Below, one piece after another: positions 18,793 through 28,896 of a stretch of 64,000 nt of DNA; position 1 is the first letter of the stretch, and each line of letters starts with the position of its first letter. The notes under the pieces are model-generated. The model made no database searches. It was not told the DNA's origin and saw only the letters and a program-made list of their open reading frames with translations. The stretch covers positions 92,293 through 156,292 of the forward strand of contig JBDKSB010000012.1 in NCBI GenBank assembly GCA_039683095.1. The letters run 5' to 3'. This stretch comes from Acidobacteriota bacterium (GTDB lineage: Bacteria; Acidobacteriota; Aminicenantia; Aminicenantales; Saccharicenantaceae). A program made the position numbers and the translations under genes.

Positions 18793-21228
18793 ATGAAAAA
18801 GGCCATTGCGCTCACGCTCATCATTCTGGGCGCGGCCGTCGCGGCGCCCGCGGCGGCCCTGTCCATCAAGGCCATCAAGGACGCCGGCGAGGCGCCCGCG
18901 GCCATCTCCGGCGCGGCCCGGCCGGGGGACATCCTCGTTTCCGACGGCAAGTTCGTCGCGGCGATCGCCGTTTCCCCCCGCGTCGCCTTTTCCAAAATCA
19001 ACTGCGGCTACCCGGCCGTGTCCGGCTTCCTTCTTGCCTTCCTTCCCGAAGGGGCTTCGAAGCGGGCCGAGGTCCAGATCGGCGCGCCGTCGGTGCGGAT
19101 CGACGGCAAGGCCGTGTCCTTCGGTGCCGCGACGGCGCGGCCGGAAGGACAATCCGTGGTCGTCCGGTCGTCGTTCGAAAAGAACGGCGTCAAGCTCGAG
19201 GTCCGGACCCGTTACGCCTTCGCCTTCGGGGCGGGCCGGATAGACATCGTTTCCGAGATCAGGAACGCCGGCCCGTCGGAGATCACGGGGCTCAGCTTCG
19301 GGCTCGGCGCCAACGCCCAACAGAATCTCAGCTTCAGTCCCTACAGCGCCCAGGCCTTTCCCAGGCTCAACTTCATGGTCTGGCAGCGGCCCGATCACGC
19401 CCTGGGCTGGTACAATCCCAATCCCGTCGAAAAGGTAAAGCAGTTCCTGCCCGGCCGCCTGATGCCGGGCCAGGTCCATCGCGTCTCATACTCGCTGGTC
19501 GCCGGCCGGGACCCGGTCGAGGTCCTGAAAAAGCTCTACGCACTGGCCCAGGTCAGGCCGGAGACGGCGGCCTTCGAGTTCCCGGGCTTCGAAGGCCTGG
19601 CCGAGATCATCGTCAAGGAGCCCGTCTCGGGCGCCGTCTTCTACCGGGCCTTCATGGCCAGGCCCGCCCCGCTCGCGGCGCCCCTGCCGAAGGGGACCTA
19701 CAGCGTCCGGGCCAACCTCTTCCCCGCCGTCGTCGAAAAGACGATCGCCGTCGGCGGGGACCCCAAGGCCAGGCCGACGTCCCTCGAGGCGCCGAAGCCC
19801 GCCCTGGTCGAGGTCGCGGTCGCGGACAAGCGGGGCCGGCCGGGCATCGGCAAGGTCTCGTTCATCGGCCTGGCACCGACGCCCTCGCCCTGCTTCGCGC
19901 CCGACGACCCCGTCGCCTCCGGGCGGAACTGGGAGGCGGCCAAGAACTCGATCTTCGTTCTGAGGAAGCCGGTCCCGGTCGTCCTGCCGGCCGGGACCTA
20001 TCTGGTGACCGCGTCCCGCGGCCCCGAGTACGCGCGGGAGACCCGGGTCGTCGAAATCTTCAAGGGGGACAATCCGGCCCTGAATTTCGTCCTCGAGAAA
20101 GCCGTCGATACCGCGGGCCTGGTCTCGATCGACCCCCACATGCACACGCAGAACTCGGACGGCTCGGTCAGCGTCGCCGAGCGCCTGCGGGGCGTCGCCG
20201 GCGAGGGCCTCGACGTCGCCGTCGCGGCCGACCACAACTTCGTCTCCGATTACGGCCCCGACCTCGCCCGACTCGGCCTGGCCGGAGACCTGGCCGTGAT
20301 CCTCGGGACCGAGGTGACCGCCAAGACGGGGAGCATCCATTACAACGTCTATCCGGTCACGCGCCGTCCCGGCCAGCCGGGCGGCGGGGTGATAGATATC
20401 AAGGACGAGACGCCGGCGACGCTCTTCGTCCTCAGCCGGGCCAAGGACCCGGCGGCTCTCGTCCAGGCCAACCACCCCCGCTTAGGCAGCCTCGGCTACT
20501 TCGTCACCTATGATCTCGATCCCGCGGCGGCGGCCGCAGCCAAGGCCCCCTTCAGCCTGGAATTCGACGTCATGGAGATCATGAACGGCGGCCGGATCGA
20601 CGACGCCAACCGGGGATCGATCGAGGATTTCTTCCATCTTCTCGACCGCGGCTACCCGATCAGGGCCGTCGGCTCCTCCGACGCGCACGGCATCGACGGC
20701 GGCGAGACGGGCTATGCCCGGACCTACGTCCTCTATGACGGGCAGAAAGGCGCCTCGCTCGACCAGGCGGCGCTCGTGCGCGGCCTGAAGGAAGGACGGT
20801 CCTTCGTCAGCAACGGCCCGATCATCTCGGTCCGGGCCAACGGCCACGGCCGGCTCGGCGATAGGCTCAGGGCCAGGGGCGGACGGGTCGCGCTCGACAT
20901 CGAGGTCCAGGCCGCGCCATGGATCGACGTGGCGGAGGTCCGCCTGGTCGTCAACGGGGCACGCCGCGATCCCCTGCCGCTCGAAGGCGGGGACGGCCGG
21001 GCCGTCCGGTTCCGGGACCGGGTGAAGGTCAAGCTCGACCGGGACGCCTGGATCGCCGTCGAGGTCCGGGGACGGGGCTCGCTCTTCCCGGTCGTCCAGC
21101 AGCGTTCGGGCGACGGGTCGGCCGCGGAGGCGGCCTATCCCTATGCCCTGACCAACCCCATCCTGTTCGACGTGGACGGCGATGGCCGCGTCGATCCGGT
21201 CCGGCCCGAGAAAGTGATCGTCAAATAG
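18793..21228 (+). CDS. Secreted PHP-domain (CehA/McbA-like) metallohydrolase, large multidomain protein
   Basis: Signal peptide MKKAIALTLIILGAAVAAPAAA. PHP motifs DPHMHTQNSDGS and AADHNF. 811 aa. Confidence 0.7.
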   Translation: MKKAIALTLIILGAAVAAPAAALSIKAIKDAGEAPAAISGAARPGDILVSDGKFVAAIAVSPRVAFSKINCGYPAVSGFLLAFLPEGASKRAEVQIGAPSVRIDGKAVSFGAATARPEGQSVVVRSSFEKNGVKLEVRTRYAFAFGAGRIDIVSEIRNAGPSEITGLSFGLGANAQQNLSFSPYSAQAFPRLNFMVWQRPDHALGWYNPNPVEKVKQFLPGRLMPGQVHRVSYSLVAGRDPVEVLKKLYALAQVRPETAAFEFPGFEGLAEIIVKEPVSGAVFYRAFMARPAPLAAPLPKGTYSVRANLFPAVVEKTIAVGGDPKARPTSLEAPKPALVEVAVADKRGRPGIGKVSFIGLAPTPSPCFAPDDPVASGRNWEAAKNSIFVLRKPVPVVLPAGTYLVTASRGPEYARETRVVEIFKGDNPALNFVLEKAVDTAGLVSIDPHMHTQNSDGSVSVAERLRGVAGEGLDVAVAADHNFVSDYGPDLARLGLAGDLAVILGTEVTAKTGSIHYNVYPVTRRPGQPGGGVIDIKDETPATLFVLSRAKDPAALVQANHPRLGSLGYFVTYDLDPAAAAAAKAPFSLEFDVMEIMNGGRIDDANRGSIEDFFHLLDRGYPIRAVGSSDAHGIDGGETGYARTYVLYDGQKGASLDQAALVRGLKEGRSFVSNGPIISVRANGHGRLGDRLRARGGRVALDIEVQAAPWIDVAEVRLVVNGARRDPLPLEGGDGRAVRFRDRVKVKLDRDAWIAVEVRGRGSLFPVVQQRSGDGSAAEAAYPYALTNPILFDVDGDGRVDPVRPEKVIVK

Positions 21229-21234
21229 GGCGGG

Positions 21235-21768
21235 CTAGAGGGCCTTTTTCGGCTCGGCCGGATAGCAGAAGAACTCGAAGATCGGGCTGCGCTCGGCGCC
21301 GTAGATCACGAACGTCCGCTCGGGCACGGGCAGGCCGAGGTCCTCGGCGATCTTCCTGAGCTCCGCGGCCATGCCGTAGTCCGCCGTCACGGCCGGCGAC
21401 AGGCCGGCGTAGGCCCCGATCAGGTAGGCCTCGTAGGTCACCGGCGTCCCGTCGAAGCCGGCCAGATCGCGGAACTCCTTGACGAACCAGCCGGCGAAGC
21501 TGCTCCCGTCCTTCGGGACGTCCCTGGTGACCTTGAAGGTCAGGTCCTTGGTGGCGTCGCCGAGATGGACGGCCAAGCCGGTGACCTTGTCCCCGTCGAT
21601 GACGAAACGGACGGTCTGGGTCCTGTCGACGCTACAGGCCCCGTCCTCGTTGATGATGCGGAACCCTTCGTAGGCGGTCCCGGCGGCCCGGGCTGAAAGG
21701 ACAGATCCGGCCAGAGCCAGGCCGGCGGCGAGTACGATAGCCCCCTTAAGTGCGGTCGATATCTTCAT
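21235..21768 (-). CDS. Secreted protein of unknown function
   Basis: Signal peptide. Protein-like composition. 177 aa. Confidence 0.5.
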   Translation of the reverse strand: MKISTALKGAIVLAAGLALAGSVLSARAAGTAYEGFRIINEDGACSVDRTQTVRFVIDGDKVTGLAVHLGDATKDLTFKVTRDVPKDGSSFAGWFVKEFRDLAGFDGTPVTYEAYLIGAYAGLSPAVTADYGMAAELRKIAEDLGLPVPERTFVIYGAERSPIFEFFCYPAEPKKAL

Positions 21769-21813
21769 CGAGGGGAACTCCTTTTTTATGTCATCTCGGG
21801 ATCTAAGGGCGCT

Positions 21814-23364
21814 TTATTTCGCCCCGTGTTTTTTCAGGAGGTCGATCATCTTCTTGTCGGCGTCGCGTTTGACGGCCTGATAGGCGGACTTCGCCCTTTG
21901 GAGCGGCGTTTCTCCGTTGCCGTCCTTGGCGTTGATGTCGGCGCCCCGGGAGACCAGAAGCTCCACCACGTCGATTCGGCCGGTCCGAACCGCCATATGG
22001 AGCGGGGCTTGGCCGAATTTGTCCACGGCGTTGACGTCGGCGCCATTGGCTATTAGGACCAGGGCCAGATCCGGACGGTACTGGACGGCATTGAAAAGGG
22101 GCGTCCAACCCATGTTGTTTCTCGCATTGATATCCGCGCCCTTGGCGACCATCAGGGCGGCGACCTTCTCGCTCGCGAGATGCAGGGCCGTCCAGCCCGT
22201 GTCGTTCTTGGCGTTGATATCGGCCCCCTTGTCGACCAGGAGCTCGATGATCTCCGCATCGCCCAGGGCGGCGGGGCCGAAGAGCGGCGTTTGACCGGAC
22301 CCATCCCTGGCATTGATGTCCGCTCCGTGCGCGAGCAGCAGCTCGATGATCTGGGCCTGGGACGACTCGACCGCTTTGAACAGCGGCGGCTTGCCCGAAC
22401 GGTCCGGAGCGTTGACATCTCCGCCGGACGCGATCAGGCTCTCGATCTCCCGCTTCTGCTCGAGGTCAACGGGCTTGGGCATCGACGCGTCGGCGTCGGC
22501 ACGCGCGTCGATATCGCCGAGGGAGGGCTTCGGGTCCACGGCGATGAGCTCGTAGAGATATTCTCCGGCGCCTTCCCGATCATAATCGCCGAGCCACGGC
22601 TCCTTGTTCCCTTCGATGGGGGCCCCCCAGGTGAAGGACCAATAGACCGTCTCTTTGAGCCTGGGCGGCGCCAGGGAGACGACCTCGCCCGTCACGTCAT
22701 AATCGTACCGGACGACGTAGCTCGTCGACATGTCCATATAGTGCGAATACGTGTAGGAATAGAGCCTGCCGTCGACCTTGACGGGCTCCCACTGCCTCGG
22801 TATCGGAGGATGCTGCTTCGGATGGTAGGCGTCCGGGTAACGCACCCATCCATTCTCGGCCTGCAGCTCGCCCGCGACCATCCGGAACGACTCGAGCGGG
22901 CCCATACCGAGATCCGATGGGCCGCTCAGGACCGTCTGTCCGACCTGTTTTCTGCGGAAACGGCCCGAAGCCATCATTTCGAGGATCTTACGGACTTCCG
23001 CTTCCTGGCCCTGTTGGCCGCTCATCTCATCGAGGAGTCCCCTGATCTTGTCGGCGTCGGCGGCGTTCGGGGCCAATTCGAGGTAACGCCGGAAGCTCTT
23101 CTCCGCCTCGGCATACTTTTTGGCCGCCCGCTCGACCATCCCGAGGCCGCGGAAGGCGCCCGGCCAGTCCGGCCCGAGCCGCGCGGCCTGCTCGAACTCC
23201 CGGAGAGCCGACGGATAATCGGCCGGCGACGCGGCCGCCTCGACGGCGGCCACGCCGGCCTCGAAGTGCCGCCGGGCCTCGGCCGGCACCTCCTGTCCGA
23301 ACGAAACGGCGATCCCGAACACAAGAGCGAAGACGGCGCCGAGCGCCGGGGCGGTTCTTTTCAT
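21814..23364 (-). CDS. Secreted TPR and ankyrin-repeat protein
   Basis: Signal peptide MKRTAPALGAVFALVFGIAVSFG. N-terminal TPR region, central unknown domain, C-terminal six or more ankyrin repeats (TPLF.A......I.ELL...GADINA). Confidence 0.75.
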   Translation of the reverse strand: MKRTAPALGAVFALVFGIAVSFGQEVPAEARRHFEAGVAAVEAAASPADYPSALREFEQAARLGPDWPGAFRGLGMVERAAKKYAEAEKSFRRYLELAPNAADADKIRGLLDEMSGQQGQEAEVRKILEMMASGRFRRKQVGQTVLSGPSDLGMGPLESFRMVAGELQAENGWVRYPDAYHPKQHPPIPRQWEPVKVDGRLYSYTYSHYMDMSTSYVVRYDYDVTGEVVSLAPPRLKETVYWSFTWGAPIEGNKEPWLGDYDREGAGEYLYELIAVDPKPSLGDIDARADADASMPKPVDLEQKREIESLIASGGDVNAPDRSGKPPLFKAVESSQAQIIELLLAHGADINARDGSGQTPLFGPAALGDAEIIELLVDKGADINAKNDTGWTALHLASEKVAALMVAKGADINARNNMGWTPLFNAVQYRPDLALVLIANGADVNAVDKFGQAPLHMAVRTGRIDVVELLVSRGADINAKDGNGETPLQRAKSAYQAVKRDADKKMIDLLKKHGAK

Positions 23365-23428
23365 ATTGCGCATCCTTCGCCGGTATGATCCTGGGGCCCG
23401 ATCCCTGCCGGAAGACATCATCGCTGCC

Positions 23429-24652
23429 TCACTTGGCGTCCCGGCGCGGCAGCAGCTCGAGCGGCATGACCAGGAAATGATCCGTGTCGACGTAAAAGTC
23501 GCTCGGCCCATAATTGACATCGCCCACGAAATTCTTGAGGATCGATCTCGTTTCCGGGATGAACAGGCCGGCCTTCACCAGGGCCCAGCGCATGGTCTCG
23601 GAACAGACCTTTTCCCCATCGCCCCAGACCCCGTAGTCCGTGGTGTCGATCGGGTTGCCGGCCCTCGCGGCGAACTCCTTCTGGCTCTTGATCCCGTACT
23701 GCCGGGCTGCCGCCCAGAGCAGGTCGGCGTCGAAGCGCGAGAGCGGCCGGGCGACGTCCATGCCGACGTTGGCGTATTCGGCCGTGACCTGGGCCTCGGT
23801 CTTGATGCGCGTCCCCTGGCCGGGCATGTTGTCCAGGAAGAGCTTGACGCCCCTGACGTCGCGGACGAGCATGAACGTGTGGGAGGCCCGGGCGCGGGAG
23901 GACCCCGTTACGGCCTTGTCGGCGATGATGATCCACCCGGACGTGTAGAATCCGAGGGACCCCATATCGTCCGGCTGCCGGCAGAGCAGCACGTCGCCGA
24001 CCCTGAGGTTGTCGAACCTCTTGCCGAGCGGCGGCACCTTGCCGGCCTTGACCTTGAGGGTCCGGGCGATCGCGGCCGCGTCGGCGCCCTGCGCGTCGAT
24101 GCCCCCCTGGATGGCTTGCAGGATCCCGTTCTTGGTGGCCGGCGCTCCGGCGGCCAGCTCACCGGCGGCCGCCTCGACCTCGGCCCGGACGGCCGGCAGA
24201 CGGTCGCCGACGCTCGCCAGGAGCGCCGCCCTCCCGCTCTCGAAGCCGGGCTCGAGGAAGCCGGAGGCCTTGAGCTCGCGGATGAGCTCCTGTTTCTCGT
24301 TCTCGAAGTCCGACGGGGCGGAGGCGCGGGAGGGACGGGACGAGGGGGAAGCCGGGCGGGGCTGCGACGGGGAGGCCTTCCCCTTGTCTTTGGCGGCGGA
24401 GACGACGGGCTTGCAGACGGGCGGCCTGTTCTGGTCAGGGCAGGTGCATATGTATTCGACGCCGCCCCGGACCATGATGACCGCGGTGCGATCGCTGTTC
24501 CATCTCGCGTTCAGGCTCCTGTCCCGGACCCAGGCCTCGAGCGTCTCCCGGCACATGGCCTGGGGCTGCTGGGCGGATGCCGGGATCGGGAAGGACGCCA
24601 GGGATATCAGGCCGAGCAGGGCGGCGATGACTGTGGGCGAACCTCGCTTCAT
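23429..24652 (-). CDS. Lipoprotein with Cys-rich N-domain and putative permuted papain-like hydrolase C-domain
   Basis: Signal peptide and lipobox-like ASFPIPASAQ. S/P-rich linker. C-terminal ...YGVWGDGEKVCSETMRWALVKAG... with candidate nucleophile Cys. Confidence 0.45.
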   Translation of the reverse strand: MKRGSPTVIAALLGLISLASFPIPASAQQPQAMCRETLEAWVRDRSLNARWNSDRTAVIMVRGGVEYICTCPDQNRPPVCKPVVSAAKDKGKASPSQPRPASPSSRPSRASAPSDFENEKQELIRELKASGFLEPGFESGRAALLASVGDRLPAVRAEVEAAAGELAAGAPATKNGILQAIQGGIDAQGADAAAIARTLKVKAGKVPPLGKRFDNLRVGDVLLCRQPDDMGSLGFYTSGWIIIADKAVTGSSRARASHTFMLVRDVRGVKLFLDNMPGQGTRIKTEAQVTAEYANVGMDVARPLSRFDADLLWAAARQYGIKSQKEFAARAGNPIDTTDYGVWGDGEKVCSETMRWALVKAGLFIPETRSILKNFVGDVNYGPSDFYVDTDHFLVMPLELLPRRDAK

Positions 24653-24862
24653 GAGGCAGATCCTCCTCTCTGCTTCTGATCTGCCTGATATATTACACAT
24701 TGCCACGACTATCGGCAAGGCTCGCGGATTTCCAGGCGCCAGGGATCGTCGGCGGACCGCAGGGGCGACGGTTCTCCGGCTCCCCGGGCGGGCGGCCGCG
24801 GAACGGCCGTCAATGATGAGCCGAAGCGTTAGGAAGGACGGCGCGGGGAAAGAACAGCCGGT

Positions 24863-25303
24863 TCAGTTGTCGCGGCGGATCTCGACGCGGTCGAGGCCGT
24901 TCTCGTTGAATTCCTTCTCGTACTTCTCGATGAGCGGCCGCTCCCGCTCCATGCCCCTCTCGGTATAGATCTCGTCGAGCGACTGGTCGCCGAACTTGCG
25001 GACATAATCGCGGTCGGCCATGCGGTAGATGAGCTGGTCCCAGAAGGAATTGTCGTTGTAGAAATCGACGGTCTCGGCCATCTTCTCCTCCAGCTCCCCC
25101 GAGGGGATGGCCTTCTTGGTTTCCTCGTCGTATTCGACGTAGTCCCCCAGGCCGTGCTTCTGCGCGGCCTCGAGGACGAGGCTCTCGACCTCGTCGTATT
25201 CCTCGATGATGTCGTCGGTCCGCCAGTCGTTGGCCATGCGGTTGCCCAGGTAGAGGAGCTTGACCAGGGAGGCCAGCTGCTCTTTCGTCAGTTGGATGTT
25301 CAT
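24863..25303 (-). CDS. Acidic cytoplasmic protein of unknown function
   Basis: Start MNIQLTKEQL. Protein-like composition. 146 aa. Confidence 0.5.
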   Translation of the reverse strand: MNIQLTKEQLASLVKLLYLGNRMANDWRTDDIIEEYDEVESLVLEAAQKHGLGDYVEYDEETKKAIPSGELEEKMAETVDFYNDNSFWDQLIYRMADRDYVRKFGDQSLDEIYTERGMERERPLIEKYEKEFNENGLDRVEIRRDN

Positions 25304-25454
25304 ATCGCCGATCTCCAGAGGAAAATATACCACGTCCGGTTCGTTTCGCCAAACCCGCGAGGCCGGGGATGCGGGCCTTCTCGGCTCCCGTTGACAGGGT
25401 CCCCGGGCCGGGCTATAGTTCGGGAGCGACCACTCCACCGAGGAGGTCCTTCCC

Positions 25455-26381
25455 ATGAGAGAACACGCCCTCGCCCTGGCCGCGGCCCTGGCCGCCGCGA
25501 TCGCGCTGCCGGCCCTGGCCGCGCCGCAGGCGGCGCCGCCGGCCGCGGCCGCGCTGTCCGTCCGCTATGAAGAGCTGACCGCGCCGGACTTCGTCCGGGC
25601 CGTGGCCAGGTCGGGAGGGACATGCCTCGTGCCGCTCGGCATCCTGGAGAAGCATGGTCCCCACCTGCCGGTCGGGACCGACCTCATCGACGTCCGCGAG
25701 GTCGCCCTGCGCGCCGCCGCAGCCGAGTTCACGGTCGTCTTCCCGCCCTACTTCGTCGGCCAGATCTTCGAGGCCCGCCACCAGCCCGGCGCGATCGCCT
25801 ACGGCAGCCGGATGATGCTGGACGTCCTCCAGAAGACGTGCGACGAGCTGGCGCGGAACGGGTTCAAGAAGATCATCCTCGTCAACGGCCACGGCGGCAA
25901 CGACGCCTTCCTCCACTTCTTCTGCCAATCGCAGCTCGAGACGCAGCGCGACTATGTCGTCTACCTGTTCGAACCGGCCTACGACGAGGCGACCCAGGCC
26001 CGGCTGGACAAGATGCGCAAAACGACGGTCGACGGCCACGCCGGCGAGGAGGAGACCTCGGTCATCCTGTTCCACCATCCGGGACTGGTCAAGCTCGACC
26101 GGGCCGGGGACGAGACCGGCGAGGACCAGAAGCGCCAGGCCGGGCTCAAGCACGCCTACACGGGCATTTGGTGGTACGCCGGACAGCCCAACCACTACCG
26201 CGGCGACGGCCGCGCCGGCAACGCCGAGTTCGGGAAGGCCCTCTTCGACGCCGAGGCGGGCGCCCTCGTCGAGATGGTCCGGTCGGTCAAGAAGGACGCG
26301 GTCACGGCCGAGCTCCAGAAGCGCTTCTTCGAGGACGCCGCCAGGCCGCTCGAGACCAGGCCCTTCGTCAAGGTCAAGTGA
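25455..26381 (+). CDS. Creatininase (creatinine amidohydrolase) family protein with signal peptide
   Basis: GILEKHGPHLPVGTD, ILVNGHGGN and DGHAGEEETS motifs. Confidence 0.8.
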   Translation: MREHALALAAALAAAIALPALAAPQAAPPAAAALSVRYEELTAPDFVRAVARSGGTCLVPLGILEKHGPHLPVGTDLIDVREVALRAAAAEFTVVFPPYFVGQIFEARHQPGAIAYGSRMMLDVLQKTCDELARNGFKKIILVNGHGGNDAFLHFFCQSQLETQRDYVVYLFEPAYDEATQARLDKMRKTTVDGHAGEEETSVILFHHPGLVKLDRAGDETGEDQKRQAGLKHAYTGIWWYAGQPNHYRGDGRAGNAEFGKALFDAEAGALVEMVRSVKKDAVTAELQKRFFEDAARPLETRPFVKVK

Positions 26382-26398
26382 CAACTGGAGAGATCACC

Positions 26399-27619
26399 AT
26401 GACATCGCGGATTCCAAGAACGTTCTTCCTGGGCCTCGTCGCGCTGAGCCTGGCCCTTTTCGCCTGCGCCGATGCGGGCTCCCGCGAAGCCGGTCGTCCG
26501 GCCGCCGGGGCGACGACCGCCGGTCCGGAGACCGGCGGCGCGCCGCCAGCGTCGCCCGGGACGCCCGCCGCGGGCGCCGCCGCGGCCGTGCCCGCCGGCA
26601 GCCCGACCTGGGGCGAGCAGGCGAGCCAGGCCCCGGCGAACGCCCGGCTGACCGAGGACGAGCGGAACACGATCGACATCGTCCGCCGGACCAAGAACTC
26701 CGTCGTCTATATCACCAACCTCCAGTACGCCCGGGATTTCTTCTTCACGACCGACGAGCTGGTGCCTCAGGGCAGCGGCTCGGGCTTCGTCTGGGACGGC
26801 CAGGGGCACATCGTCACGAACTTCCACGTCATCAATGACGGCGTCAAGTACATGGTCAGCCTGCCCGACCAGAGGCAGGTCGAGGCCACGCTCGTCGGCC
26901 GCGACGAGATGAAGGACATCGCCGTGCTTAAGCTCGGCCAGCGGGTCACCGGCCTCGAGCCGCTGGCCATCGGGACGTCGCGGGACCTCCAGGTCGGCCA
27001 GAAGGTCATCGCCATCGGCAACCCCTTCGGCTTCGACCACACGGTCACGACGGGGATCGTCAGCGCCCTGGGCCGGGCCATGCCGGGCGCGGGCGGGGTC
27101 ACGATCCGCGACATGATCCAGACCGACGCCTCGATCAACCCCGGCAATTCGGGCGGCCCCCTGCTCGATTCGGCCGGCGAGATCATCGGGATGAACACGA
27201 TGATCGCCAGCCCCTCGGGGACGTCGAGCGGGGTCGGCTTCGCCGTTCCCGTGGACGCCATCCGCAAGATCGTGCCCCAGCTCATCGAGTCCGGCAGGGT
27301 CACCCGGCCGGACATCGGCGGCGTGTCCTTCGTCCGGGATGAGGTGGCCCAGCGGGCCGGGATCGAGGGGGCCGTCGTCCTCGAGGTGGCCCGGTCCAGC
27401 CGGGCCTACGATCTCGGGCTGCGCGGCGTCTATCGGGACAGCTTCGGCCGGCTGCTCATCCGGGACGTCATCACCGGCATCGACGGGACCAAGGTCAAGT
27501 CCTTCGACGACCTCTTCGCCGCCCTGGACATTCACAAGATCGGCGACTCGGTCGCGCTGACGGTCCTGCGGGAAGGCAAGACGCGGACCGTGACCATGCA
27601 GCTCGTCAGCAACGATTAG
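26399..27619 (+). CDS. HtrA/DegP-family serine protease with PDZ domain
   Basis: Signal peptide. Catalytic His in TNFHVI, Asp in DIAVLK, Ser in GNSGGPL. C-terminal PDZ. Confidence 0.9.
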   Translation: MTSRIPRTFFLGLVALSLALFACADAGSREAGRPAAGATTAGPETGGAPPASPGTPAAGAAAAVPAGSPTWGEQASQAPANARLTEDERNTIDIVRRTKNSVVYITNLQYARDFFFTTDELVPQGSGSGFVWDGQGHIVTNFHVINDGVKYMVSLPDQRQVEATLVGRDEMKDIAVLKLGQRVTGLEPLAIGTSRDLQVGQKVIAIGNPFGFDHTVTTGIVSALGRAMPGAGGVTIRDMIQTDASINPGNSGGPLLDSAGEIIGMNTMIASPSGTSSGVGFAVPVDAIRKIVPQLIESGRVTRPDIGGVSFVRDEVAQRAGIEGAVVLEVARSSRAYDLGLRGVYRDSFGRLLIRDVITGIDGTKVKSFDDLFAALDIHKIGDSVALTVLREGKTRTVTMQLVSND

Positions 27620-28740
27620 CGCAGGAAGGGCCCGAGCCCGTCCTCCAGGACCCTGGCCCGGTCGGGCAGGCCCTCGACCGCGACCGCCTTCGCCGGGTCG
27701 ATCTCGGCCTGGCTCTGGAGGATGGCCGATATGGCGGCCAGGTGACGGGCCACCCGCTCGTCGAGGGGAATGCCCTTCTCGTCATAGGGGACGAACAGCC
27801 GCCCCAGCCGCGAGGCCCTGAGGTAGGCCTTGTCCTTGCCCTCGACGACCAGGGCGGCGGTCGTCCGTCCCTTCAGCCGGCCCTGAACGGGATTCGGCGT
27901 CTCGATCAGGAGGGCCTTGATCCCCGCCGCGTCGCCCCACTCCCGGTGGCTCAAGCCCCGCAGTTTCTGCGGCGAAGCCTCGAGCCGGAACTCGAGCCCT
28001 TCTGCCTGGAGCGACATCTGGGCCAGGGCGGCCAGCTCGGCGCTGTCGTCGTGGAAGACGATGGCGTTGATGACCGGGTACTCGGGCGCCGACTCGTGAA
28101 GGTCGACGCCGAGATCGACCCGCTCCCGGCGGATGACCTCCATGATCCCGAAGGCTGTCCGCTCCGTCAGGTAGCCCCGCGGCCGTCCGGGATAGCAGCG
28201 GTTGAGGTTGCGCACCTCGGAGGCCGAGAGCATCTGCCCGGCCGGGTTCTCGTACAGCGTCGGGTCCGGCCATTGGTGGACGGGGTTGGACAGCCGCGAA
28301 CCAAGGCGGAACTGCCGCGGCCCGCTCCGCGACGGGACCGTGAATCTCTGCGGGTTGGCCTCCTGGGGATCGTTGCAGGTGAAGCCGCTGGCGTTGGCCC
28401 GGGGGATGACGATGACCTTGCCCCGGAGCGCGCGCAGGTTCTCGACCAGGACGACGGCGGCGACGAAGCCGGCCGGCTCGTTGGGATGGGCGCCGCCCGT
28501 GACAAGCACCGTCCCCCCGGCCTCCGGACCCTCGAAGATATAGACGTCGGTGTCGCCCGGCGTGCCGGCCAGGGCCGGAAAGTAGTCGCTGAGAAGCGCC
28601 TGCCGCGTCAGGCCAGGGCCGGGATGGATGGCCTCGGCCGCCCTCATGCTCAGGAACGAGCGGCCGGCCAGGAACGCCGCGGCGGCGCCCAGGGCCAGGA
28701 GCCCGGCGGCCGTCAGGAGAGAGGTCTGGCTCGTCTTCAT
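27616..28740 (-). CDS. Succinylglutamate desuccinylase/aspartoacylase (AstE/AspA) family zinc hydrolase, secreted
   Basis: Signal peptide. GGAHPNEPAG and DLHE motifs. Confidence 0.7.
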   Translation of the reverse strand: MKTSQTSLLTAAGLLALGAAAAFLAGRSFLSMRAAEAIHPGPGLTRQALLSDYFPALAGTPGDTDVYIFEGPEAGGTVLVTGGAHPNEPAGFVAAVVLVENLRALRGKVIVIPRANASGFTCNDPQEANPQRFTVPSRSGPRQFRLGSRLSNPVHQWPDPTLYENPAGQMLSASEVRNLNRCYPGRPRGYLTERTAFGIMEVIRRERVDLGVDLHESAPEYPVINAIVFHDDSAELAALAQMSLQAEGLEFRLEASPQKLRGLSHREWGDAAGIKALLIETPNPVQGRLKGRTTAALVVEGKDKAYLRASRLGRLFVPYDEKGIPLDERVARHLAAISAILQSQAEIDPAKAVAVEGLPDRARVLEDGLGPFLR

Positions 28741-28744
28741 CGCT

Positions 28745-28888
28745 TCACTTGATCAGGAACAGGCGGAGAGCAAAGAGCACCAGGACGACGACCGGGCCGA
28801 TCCGGTCCCGGAGCCTCGTCCGCCCGAAGACGCCGAGGACGATGAGCCCGGCGAAATAAAGGACGATGAGGCGGTAAACTATGTCCAT
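28745..28888 (-). CDS. Small hydrophobic membrane peptide (47 aa, two predicted TM helices)
   Basis: MDIVYRLIVLYFAGLIVLGVFGRTRLRDRIGPVVVLVLFALRLFLIK. Starts 8 bp downstream of the transporter gene. Confidence 0.3.
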   Translation of the reverse strand: MDIVYRLIVLYFAGLIVLGVFGRTRLRDRIGPVVVLVLFALRLFLIK

Positions 28889-28896
28889 GCTCTCCT

